A DNA stretch of 63,329 nucleotides, filler included. It is 6 parts of 6 records of this genome, joined end to end, with 100 filler letters (N's around TTAATTAATTAA, not from the genome) between each part and the next. Parts side by side here need not be neighbours in the genome. Positions count along the whole stretch, not along the records: positions 15,440 to 25,028 come from SRR31156797_14490; positions 25,129 to 34,654 come from SRR31156797_14495; 4 more parts are not named here. One strand, 5' to 3'. Positions within the stretch are counted from its first letter, which is position 1, and each line of letters starts with the position of its first letter. Position numbers and translations under genes: made by a program. Positions 18,709 to 26,696 of the stretch are shown one piece after another. The notes beneath the pieces are model-generated. The model did not search any database and was not told the origin of the DNA. It worked only from the letters and a program-made list of their open reading frames with translations.

Positions 18709-19785
18709 TTAGTCATTATCAGGATGATAAAAGATTAAATTTCCATCGCTTTTTAATTCATCTATAACTTTAGAATCAATCGATTCTCCATTTTCATCAA
18801 TATTTGGGATTAAAAATGAAATATTTGAATTATCATCACTTGGAGTAAAATTATGCCCAATTGAACTTCCATTATTCCAAAAGTCAACTGGAGTCTGAAT
18901 TGAATATATGAAATCTAAAGATTTCCCAATTATGGTTACATATTTATTGTTTTTGATTATTTTGTTTTGTGGGGCTTTAAAACACAAACAATTTTCTGGA
19001 AAGTCATCTTTAATTGGGTTAAAGGTTTTTCCTATATAATTTGATTTTAGCTTTTCTTTGATTTGTATTGTCAGAAAATCTAATAGCTTCTTTTTAATAA
19101 TATAATTAGATGAACATTTTTTCCCCGTAAGTGATAATCCATTGTGAAAATCCCTTGTTGGGTAAAGATCCGGTGGAGGAATGATAAAATCATTTTGTAA
19201 TATATTTTGAACATTTTCATTTGAATGTTCTGTATGAAAGGACTTATCATTTGTGAGTAATATTGTATTTTCAGTTTTTCCGGGCTGAGGAAAAGCAGCT
19301 GAAACAAGTACTAGTGCATCATGATTTGTAATTTTAGATGATAAACATACGTCTATTGAAGGTTTAATTTGATCTTCATGTAAAACACTAAATTCAAAAT
19401 CAATTCCATAATTATTTGAAATAGTTTTGATTTCTTTTTCAACTTCTTTTTTAATATTTGGTATTTCATCCTCAAAAATAGCCTTCGGATGCTCAAATTC
19501 TTTATTATATTTTAAAAGAGAAGAATAGTTTATATTACCACGTGAGGAATCATGTGAGTTTTTTACTGCGATACGCATATAATGTTCACGTTTTCTTACT
19601 TCAGCAAATTCAAATATCACATACCTTGAGCTTACAAGTCTTGTAAATGGAATTTTATTTAATAATCCAACGAAATAATTAAGGCTTTTATAAGTTTTAT
19701 CAACTAAATAAACCAATAAATTAGTATCAAAAAATATTTTAATACTAAAATCCTCATGAACTGGATTATCACTCCAATCTTTCAT
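18709..19785 (-). CDS. PIN domain-containing nuclease with additional C-terminal domain
   Basis: IFFDTNLL, VIFEF, HDALVL, LLTNDKSF supply the acidic PIN quartet; 358 aa, about 150 aa extra C-terminal region. Confidence 0.8.
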   Translation of the reverse strand: MKDWSDNPVHEDFSIKIFFDTNLLVYLVDKTYKSLNYFVGLLNKIPFTRLVSSRYVIFEFAEVRKREHYMRIAVKNSHDSSRGNINYSSLLKYNKEFEHPKAIFEDEIPNIKKEVEKEIKTISNNYGIDFEFSVLHEDQIKPSIDVCLSSKITNHDALVLVSAAFPQPGKTENTILLTNDKSFHTEHSNENVQNILQNDFIIPPPDLYPTRDFHNGLSLTGKKCSSNYIIKKKLLDFLTIQIKEKLKSNYIGKTFNPIKDDFPENCLCFKAPQNKIIKNNKYVTIIGKSLDFIYSIQTPVDFWNNGSSIGHNFTPSDDNSNISFLIPNIDENGESIDSKVIDELKSDGNLIFYHPDND

Positions 19786-19787
19786 TT

Positions 19788-21041
19788 TTAGAATATATCT
19801 CTCATATAGTGTTTGGCTACAAAGGCATCATCAATAATAATATTAGCAGAATCTTCTGATGCTTTTTCAATTAAATAATAACAATTTTTAAGAAACCGAC
19901 GTGGATTACCTTCAACTAGTTCATTTAGTTTTTCAATTCCCTCATTGTTAAATGGGGATATGTTGTTTAAAGCTTTATCTCGAGCCACATTTAAGTGATT
20001 TAATGCAATTTGTTTTGCTTCATCGAGGTTAAGGTTGTTTAACATAATTTGTCTTGAAGTAATTCTATCAGCCAAGGGGGGAGAAACACTTCTTAATTTT
20101 CTCAACGCTTGACCAGTCATAGCAAATAATAAACACCATGATCTATGTTTATCAAGTAAGGTTCGTAAATTATAAACATAATTATCAACTTGTGTCTTTG
20201 TCAACCTACCTTCGGTAATATCTTCGAATTCATCAACTAAAATAAAAAAATCAGTATAACCCTGTTCTTTGATAAGCTTTACAATATACTTGATTATTTC
20301 AGCCTCCTTATTGTGAAGCTGTTTAATACTTCCAGTAGATAGGGCTTCCCATGTTTTATTAACACCATAATCTTCAGCAATTAAAAGATAGAAATATTGT
20401 GCTAAAATTGAACTCCCCACTTCAAGTTCAAGTATTTCAGTAATAATTTCTTTAAAAATTATATCAAATTCTTTTCGTTGTCTTGGAACACTAAAGTATC
20501 TGACGAATGAATTGAGGAATTTTTTATATGATGTTGAGTTTTCTTCGGAATATGGATCAGGATTGACATCTTCAAATAACTGAGTAGTACTACTTTGAAA
20601 TTTTTTTAGTTTATGTTTATAATTTTGACTCTTATTTATAGTATTTATAATTTTTGTCCAAATAAATTTCTTAAAAGTTTCCTCGCCAATTTTTGATATT
20701 ATAGCACCAATAAATTCTAAAAGTTTAACACCGGGGTTATCTATATATATTACATACGGGTTTTTATTATTTTTATGTCTTGATGATATATCACCTAAAA
20801 GGTATTTTGTATACATTAAAAGTTGTGTTTTTCCAGAACCATAATCACCAGTTATAGTTGCTGAAATAAACTTGTCTTCGGGATCAATTTCATTATCTTT
20901 TAAAGCACTTTCTATAAAGTCAACAATTTGTTTATGAGTATTTTTATCAACAGGTATTAGTTGTTTGTTATATAAATCACTTCCATTAATATTAGATGTG
21001 CCTGATCTGGGGAATGGATTAAACTTTAGGTTAGGGTTCAT
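19788..21041 (-). CDS. AAA+ P-loop ATPase (BrxC/BrxD- or ORC/Cdc6-like architecture)
   Basis: Walker A GDYGSGKT, Walker B FFILVDEFE, sensor 1 LLFAMT, Arg finger LADRI, sensor 2 GNPRRFL; AGGAGG RBS. Confidence 0.85.
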   Translation of the reverse strand: MNPNLKFNPFPRSGTSNINGSDLYNKQLIPVDKNTHKQIVDFIESALKDNEIDPEDKFISATITGDYGSGKTQLLMYTKYLLGDISSRHKNNKNPYVIYIDNPGVKLLEFIGAIISKIGEETFKKFIWTKIINTINKSQNYKHKLKKFQSSTTQLFEDVNPDPYSEENSTSYKKFLNSFVRYFSVPRQRKEFDIIFKEIITEILELEVGSSILAQYFYLLIAEDYGVNKTWEALSTGSIKQLHNKEAEIIKYIVKLIKEQGYTDFFILVDEFEDITEGRLTKTQVDNYVYNLRTLLDKHRSWCLLFAMTGQALRKLRSVSPPLADRITSRQIMLNNLNLDEAKQIALNHLNVARDKALNNISPFNNEGIEKLNELVEGNPRRFLKNCYYLIEKASEDSANIIIDDAFVAKHYMRDIF

Positions 21042-21077
21042 ATATTTCCTCCTATATTGATTCAGACTGTTATTAGG

Positions 21078-22085
21078 CTATTTACTTCTTACAATTATAT
21101 GCGAAATATAAGAATCATTGTGTTTAATGAAAAACAATTTATCTGTATTTATACTTCCTTTATTAATAAATATTTCTGAAGTTCTTTCAAAACTAAATAT
21201 ATCCTTATGCTGAATGTACTGGTTGAGTATATATTGTTTGATATCAAAAATGCTCTTTCGATATGATATAGCAAGTTTAAATACCAGATCAGGAATGTAA
21301 ACGTAATTATCACTAAAATTATTTATAATGAATTCAACAAGATTAGTGTTTATTTTATTTTGACTAATTACATATGAGCATGAAATATTATTATTGTCAA
21401 TTTTTATATCTATATTCCGAAGGCTAAATTTCTCTATGATTTCTAAAGTTGTCCCCCATTTTAAGAACATATCCCAAAATCGCATTATATCACCATTGTT
21501 ATTGCATATTTGATATATGTCAGGGTTGTTTTTTAGCTCATAAAAAAAACAGTTATTAAATCTACTATTATTCGAGTAATGATAGAGAGGAGATGATTTT
21601 TCAATTAATGATTTTAAATTATCGTTTAACATAAAATTATTAAAATGACTGTTGTCTTTTAACAAGTACCAGCTTAACATTTCTTTAAACCTAAAATATG
21701 TTAAAAATATTTTTTTAAAATCTAGCAGATCATTTGATGATAAATCTGAGCCAATCATTGAATTTTTAAATAGATTATTCAATATTTTTCCAGAAGGTTC
21801 AATCAAAGAAAAATTAATTAATGCATTTATATGTTCAAGTAATCTTCTTTTTGTCCATTTAGTATTTTTATACGGGAGATTGTTTTTTTTACAGAAAGCA
21901 AAAAACTCTTTAAATATAAATTCTTTATTCCAGTTTCTAAGTGCTATAAATACATCTCGAATTTCAGTTAAATTATAAACTGATGATAGACTCCAACCTT
22001 TACCAAATTCGTTTATATATTCATCTGAACTTAAATAAGGTAGTTTTTTATTCTTTGAACTGTTGGTTGATATCAATTTACTCAT
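21078..22085 (-). CDS. Hypothetical protein, possibly tandem winged-helix DNA-binding
   Basis: 335-codon ORF in AT-rich DNA, ATGA-coupled to the MTase; wHTH-like segments RRLLEHINALINFSLIE and FLKWGTTLEIIE. Confidence 0.7.
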   Translation of the reverse strand: MSKLISTNSSKNKKLPYLSSDEYINEFGKGWSLSSVYNLTEIRDVFIALRNWNKEFIFKEFFAFCKKNNLPYKNTKWTKRRLLEHINALINFSLIEPSGKILNNLFKNSMIGSDLSSNDLLDFKKIFLTYFRFKEMLSWYLLKDNSHFNNFMLNDNLKSLIEKSSPLYHYSNNSRFNNCFFYELKNNPDIYQICNNNGDIMRFWDMFLKWGTTLEIIEKFSLRNIDIKIDNNNISCSYVISQNKINTNLVEFIINNFSDNYVYIPDLVFKLAISYRKSIFDIKQYILNQYIQHKDIFSFERTSEIFINKGSINTDKLFFIKHNDSYISHIIVRSK

Positions 22086-23350
22086 TCTAGTATTAGCACA
22101 TTCTCTGTTAATTCTACATTATGTCTATATGTTAAATTTTTCCACTTTTTGCCTCTAGAGCGAAGCGTATGGATTTTATAAGATTGAAAACCACAATTGA
22201 GTCCAATTTCACCGAGCAATTCAGTCGTGGGAATATAAACACCATATGGTGCTGAATCACCCAGTATTAAATATGATTTGCCATGAGGTTTAATTGCTCG
22301 TTTAATCTCTTTTAAAACGTAGAACATATCTTGAAAATATAATAGCATAAGTATATCAAAGCTTTTTTTCCCTTTGCGAGTATTGGCAGTTAATTTTATT
22401 TGATTCGATAGATTAATTAGGTTTTGTGAAATATTTTTATTAGTTCTGATAAACTCAGAAGATATGAAATCATCCAAATTGAATTCAGATTTTGCATAAT
22501 GAGTTGTTGATCCTGTGACCAATTTCTTTCTAATGTTTTTTGTAATATCATTCCAACTATTTGTTGTTTGAAAGAAGTGTGTATGAACTTTTGATACTTC
22601 TCCATAATCAAGATTATTAAGATAGGGTGGCGAAGTAATACAAATATCACAGGAATTTTCTTTAATTTTTTTATTTATTGTTCTGGAATCGTGTAAATAT
22701 ATTTTTGAGGTAGTTTTATTGCTATGTGTATTTATTATATCTGTTAGCATTTGATTACATAAACTATTAAATATTTTCCATGCAGATAGTTCATTCGTCT
22801 TTATTTTATTACGGACTATATATGGTGCTGCTATAGGGTGTATTGATGTTTTATGAAGTGTTTGGCTTAAAGCTAGTTTAAAGAATAAATAGTATTTATT
22901 GTCAGTAATAAATTCTAGACTATTTCTGATGAGATATAATGTTTTCAAGTCATCTTGATTATATAATGAGAGTAGTAAAGGATGAGCTTCATCTAACACA
23001 TTATATGATCTTTCATTTTTAATAATAAAGTTGTTTATAATTTCACTATTCGCATTGAAATTTGAAATATCAATATCCCAGTTAAGCTTAGCTTGAATTA
23101 TATCAAACATAAATGATTGACTTTCATTTCCGACAGCATTAACTCCTGCTTTTTGAGAAGATACAAGCGTAGTTCCACAACCAGCAAATGGATCGAAAAT
23201 TGATGAATTGCTTTTATTATCAAGTTTTTCAAATTTTATTACTTCTTCAACGAATTTGTATGAAAAACCAGCAATAAATTTATACCAATTATGAATAGGA
23301 CTTTTTAAATTATCTTTTGCTGACCCAATTTCTGAATGTAAAAAAATCAT
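22082..23350 (-). CDS. Site-specific DNA methyltransferase, probably N4-cytosine, alpha-class motif order
   Basis: HNWYKFIAGFS, motif I FDPFAGCGTT preceding motif IV ITSPPY, ILGDSAPYG. Confidence 0.9.
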   Translation of the reverse strand: MIFLHSEIGSAKDNLKSPIHNWYKFIAGFSYKFVEEVIKFEKLDNKSNSSIFDPFAGCGTTLVSSQKAGVNAVGNESQSFMFDIIQAKLNWDIDISNFNANSEIINNFIIKNERSYNVLDEAHPLLLSLYNQDDLKTLYLIRNSLEFITDNKYYLFFKLALSQTLHKTSIHPIAAPYIVRNKIKTNELSAWKIFNSLCNQMLTDIINTHSNKTTSKIYLHDSRTINKKIKENSCDICITSPPYLNNLDYGEVSKVHTHFFQTTNSWNDITKNIRKKLVTGSTTHYAKSEFNLDDFISSEFIRTNKNISQNLINLSNQIKLTANTRKGKKSFDILMLLYFQDMFYVLKEIKRAIKPHGKSYLILGDSAPYGVYIPTTELLGEIGLNCGFQSYKIHTLRSRGKKWKNLTYRHNVELTENVLILE

Positions 23351-23562
23351 TTTACTAGCTTTGTAGGATTTAATAAATTTTGAACATTTACATCTAAAAG
23401 TTCAGAAATATTAATTAGAGTTTCAAGTGACGGTTGAATTTCATTTGTACACCATCTTGAGACAGTGACAGAATTTTTCCCCATTTTTTCTGCCAACCAT
23501 TTATTTGTTTTCCCTTGTTCGACAAGTACTACTTTAATTCTATTAATCGTTTTTTTTCTCAT
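23347..23562 (-). CDS. XRE-family helix-turn-helix regulator (controller-protein-like)
   Basis: 71 aa; NRIKVVL..QGKTNKWLAEKMGKNSVTVSRWCTNEIQPSLETL; ATGA overlap with the MTase. Confidence 0.9.
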   Translation of the reverse strand: MRKKTINRIKVVLVEQGKTNKWLAEKMGKNSVTVSRWCTNEIQPSLETLINISELLDVNVQNLLNPTKLVK

Positions 23563-23604
23563 GATTTATCAGGTTTTAATTAATATATCAAATAATAACA
23601 CTCA

Positions 23605-23666
23605 ATTATGAAATTTGCAATAAAGAGTTTGTCAAAATATCATCAAATATTAGCATTATATGCTAA
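23605..23666 (-). promoter_or_regulatory. Putative promoter and palindromic operator of the island operon
   Basis: TTAGCAT-TAT-ATGCTAA (23650-23666); minus-strand TTGACA (23635-23630) and CATAAT (23610-23605), 19-bp spacer. Confidence 0.5.
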
Positions 23667-23740
23667 ATAATTATACTATAATATTATTTAATTAATTGAA
23701 AATGTATATCATATTATGGGTGTATTAAAGTAAGAGGGAT

Positions 23741-24907
23741 TTATTTTCGTCTATGTGAAATGTATTCTACCAGAAAAACCAAAGCCCCCATAAAACTTAA
23801 GCCACTCGCAAGATAAATCGCAGATGCAAAGCTTCCTGATATATCAAAAAGATGCCCGCCGCTCATGGGACCGGCGATGCCGGCAATGGCGTAGCCGAGG
23901 AAGACGAAGGGATAGATCAGGCCAAGATTCTTGACGCCGAAAAGTTCGGCGGTTTCTTTGGCGAAGAGGACGAAGTTGCCGCCGAAGCCGAAGCCGATGA
24001 AGAAGACGAGGATAAGGAAGCTTACCGCCGTGAGAGGGATGATATTCAGCAGAATGAGCGCCAGAGCTTGTAAGAAGAGTGCCAGAAAGATGCTGATGCT
24101 GGCGCCGATGTGGTCGCTGCAGTAACCCCAGACCAGGCGACCCAGGAAGTTGGCGACGGCATAGAGCGATATACTGACAACCAGATGCCGGGCTTCAATG
24201 CCGCTCTGCTGACCGATGATCTTCAGGCTGCCGATGACCATCAGTCCGGCAAAGGTCCCCAAGAATATCCCGATGAATAATTTCCTGAAAATGGGCGTGT
24301 GGATCAGTTTACTTGTTTTAACGCGCTCGGCATTGATATCATGTTCGGGTTCGGGCGCATGATGCACCATGTTGGAGAAAAAGATAATGATGGCGCCATA
24401 GGTGAGTCCAATGAATTTTAAGAGTTGCATCACATCATTGCCGCTGCCGAGAATGCGCTGGGAAATGGCGGTCATGAAAATGGCACCCAGTCCAAATCCC
24501 GCCGCGGAGATCCCGGTGATCAGTCCCTTGCGGTTCGGGAACCACTGTACCGGAGCCGTCAGGGCCAGCCAATAACCGAAACCCGTGGCGATACCCGCCA
24601 GCACACCGATACCCAATAAAATGATAGAGAAATTCCCCTGCGATTGTCCCGCAATGAAATATCCCGCAAAAAAGAAGAGTCCGGAAATGTAGCCCAGCGT
24701 CCGGTACTTAACGTCCTGAGAAATGCGTCCCACAAAGATCATGGTCACGGGAAAGATGGCGATAATGGCCGCAAAGATCACCTGGGACTGAAAGGCCGTA
24801 AAGCCGTAGCAGCACATTAGTTCAGAAGCGATAATACTCCAGGCATATACGCTGCCCGTGCAGAGCATGATGATGAAGGAGGCTATGACGGTGGTGTATT
24901 TTTTCAT
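23741..24907 (-). CDS. MFS transporter, oxalate/formate antiporter (OFA)-like
   Basis: GSVYAWS, WFPNRKGLITG..AAGFGLG, GRLVWG..SDHIG; about 12 TM segments. Confidence 0.85.
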   Translation of the reverse strand: MKKYTTVIASFIIMLCTGSVYAWSIIASELMCCYGFTAFQSQVIFAAIIAIFPVTMIFVGRISQDVKYRTLGYISGLFFFAGYFIAGQSQGNFSIILLGIGVLAGIATGFGYWLALTAPVQWFPNRKGLITGISAAGFGLGAIFMTAISQRILGSGNDVMQLLKFIGLTYGAIIIFFSNMVHHAPEPEHDINAERVKTSKLIHTPIFRKLFIGIFLGTFAGLMVIGSLKIIGQQSGIEARHLVVSISLYAVANFLGRLVWGYCSDHIGASISIFLALFLQALALILLNIIPLTAVSFLILVFFIGFGFGGNFVLFAKETAELFGVKNLGLIYPFVFLGYAIAGIAGPMSGGHLFDISGSFASAIYLASGLSFMGALVFLVEYISHRRK

Positions 24908-25006
24908 GGGATTTCCCTGTGTTTATGAAATTTAGGGAAAATATTGTGATATGCAAAAAATATCTGGGATATGGATACAGTGTAAATCTCTTGAGTAGAT
25001 GTAAAT

Positions 25007-25028
25007 GTAGGGGCGACACTTGGGTCGC
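25007..25028 (+). repeat. GTAG-type REP-like palindrome (truncated at contig end)
   Basis: GTAGGGGCGAC-ACTTGG-GTCGC: GTAG foot followed by GCGAC/GTCGC stem. Confidence 0.6.
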
Positions 25029-25128
25029 NNNNNNNNNNNNNNNNNNNNNNNNNNNNNNNNNNNNNNNNNNNNTTAATTAATTAANNNNNNNNNNNNNNNN
25101 NNNNNNNNNNNNNNNNNNNNNNNNNNNN
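25029..25128. other. Artificial contig spacer
   Basis: N44-TTAATTAATTAA-N44. Confidence 0.98.
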
Positions 25129-25196
25129 CCTTTATGAAAGACTGGAAAGCATTAAACAGAGTAATACCCAATGAAACAGGCCTGATAGGACAGAAG

Positions 25197-26663
25197 ATGG
25201 AACTTAAGGTTGAAGTTTTAACTTACAAGGGGCGTCCCCCGCTGAAGCAATTGTCCGTTTCGTTTCAAAAAGAAAAAGGAACGATCGGGCGTTCACCGGA
25301 CAATGATTTGCATCTGACGGATCCTGACCTGATTATTTCCTCAAAGCATGCAAGTATCCTGTTTGAAGGCAACTCATTCCATATCCAAGACCACAGCACA
25401 AACGGAACAGTTCTCTCAACAGCAGGCCTTGAACTGCATGGTAACCGTCATCGCCTGAAAGACGGTGATGAGCTTGAAATCGGTGAATACCGCTTGAAAA
25501 TTAATATCGATGATGGTTATGATCAGCAGGTCTACAGCCCGCAATCGTCTCTTTTTGAGATTGATCAGGGAGATGTACAGGACCCAGTCACCACAGAATT
25601 TCCCGATTCGTCATCTTTGCCTTCTCCTTCCGGGCAACCCAATGAAGTAAAACCGCCCGAGGTATTTGATTCCCATATGACAACAGTGGATCATTATGAT
25701 CCCCCATCCGTTGAATCCCCCTCTGCACAGCAAACGTTTTTTGACCACACCCCCCCGTCATCACAGATACCCCCCGAAGATTTCAACCCGGCAGATCTTC
25801 TATCCTCGCTGGGTGGACAAAATATGACGGATCAAAACAGTGAGCCGGTTATCCCACCGATAACACAAGTGGAACACAGCCCTGCCCAGGACGCTGATTC
25901 TTCCAATTTTGATTCGTCAGAATTTGAATCGTCAATTGAAAACATTAAAAATCCTTCTCATCTGTCCCGGGAACAGTCACCACCCCCCCGGGAAGTCAGG
26001 GCTGAAAGATCTGATCCACAAAGCCACAATCATGAATCATTGCAAAACGATTATACAAAAAATATCACAGAACCCCGGTCTGAACCCGCAACCAGCACTC
26101 CGGACCTGGCCCAGGTTCTTCTGGAATCTTTGGGGATCATCGATGGGAAACACATCCCTTCTGAAGAAATGCCTGAATTCATTCAAACGGTGGGGTCCGT
26201 TTTCAGGGAGCTGATAGAGGGTCTGCGAACAGTTTTGCGGGCACGTGCGGAAAGCAAAGCGCAGATTACCGGCATTATGATGACCATGGTGGAAATAGAG
26301 AGAAATAACCCCCTTAAATTTTCTCCTACTGTGGAGGATGCCATCAAGCTGTTGTTGCTGGACAGGAAATCAGGTTTTCTGGATCCTGTCTCGTCGATTC
26401 GTGATGGTTATGAAGATGTGAAAAATCATCAACTGGCGGTGAGTGCCGGTGTACAGGCAACCTTGCAAAAATTGCTCAACTATCTGGACCCCCAAAATTT
26501 TGAAAAAAAAGGAATTATGGGAAAAGCCCACAGCTGGGAGGCGTATACAAAGGCATACAATGACCTTGTCAAGGAAACGCCTAAAACATTTTTTGATCAG
26601 GAATTTGCCAAAGCGTATCTTGAATTTATGTCGAAAATAAATGATGCGAAAAGGAAAAGCTGA
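25197..26663 (+). CDS. tagH: T6SS-associated FHA domain protein TagH/Fha
   Basis: FHA motifs IGRS, ISSKHA, DHSTNGT, LKDGDELEIGEY; Pro/Ser-rich linker; NNPLKF and HQLAV C-domain; start may be 25134 or 25197. Confidence 0.9.
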   Translation: MELKVEVLTYKGRPPLKQLSVSFQKEKGTIGRSPDNDLHLTDPDLIISSKHASILFEGNSFHIQDHSTNGTVLSTAGLELHGNRHRLKDGDELEIGEYRLKINIDDGYDQQVYSPQSSLFEIDQGDVQDPVTTEFPDSSSLPSPSGQPNEVKPPEVFDSHMTTVDHYDPPSVESPSAQQTFFDHTPPSSQIPPEDFNPADLLSSLGGQNMTDQNSEPVIPPITQVEHSPAQDADSSNFDSSEFESSIENIKNPSHLSREQSPPPREVRAERSDPQSHNHESLQNDYTKNITEPRSEPATSTPDLAQVLLESLGIIDGKHIPSEEMPEFIQTVGSVFRELIEGLRTVLRARAESKAQITGIMMTMVEIERNNPLKFSPTVEDAIKLLLLDRKSGFLDPVSSIRDGYEDVKNHQLAVSAGVQATLQKLLNYLDPQNFEKKGIMGKAHSWEAYTKAYNDLVKETPKTFFDQEFAKAYLEFMSKINDAKRKS

Positions 26664-26696
26664 ACTGCCGTTTAAAACAGGAGAATCTGATATATT

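Larger units (their letters stand above)
18540..23740. mobile_element. AT-rich horizontally acquired island (no integrase or transposase seen)
   Basis: Abrupt drop to roughly 25% GC (estimated by eye) versus about 50% in the cores of the flanking GH13 and MFS genes; carries one co-oriented operon. Confidence 0.65.

Noticed and set aside
18709-19785. VapBC toxin-antitoxin pair
   Set aside because: The PIN protein is about 2.5 times VapC size and has no adjacent small antitoxin; the XRE gene is four genes away
18709-23562. Calling the island BREX, McrBC/LlaJI or a classical type II RM system
   Set aside because: No pglZ/pglX/brxL, the ATPase lacks McrB motifs, and no recognisable restriction endonuclease motif is present; only partial analogies hold
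23741-26663. Functional linkage between the defence island/MFS gene and the T6SS
   Set aside because: Separated by an artificial spacer; different contigs
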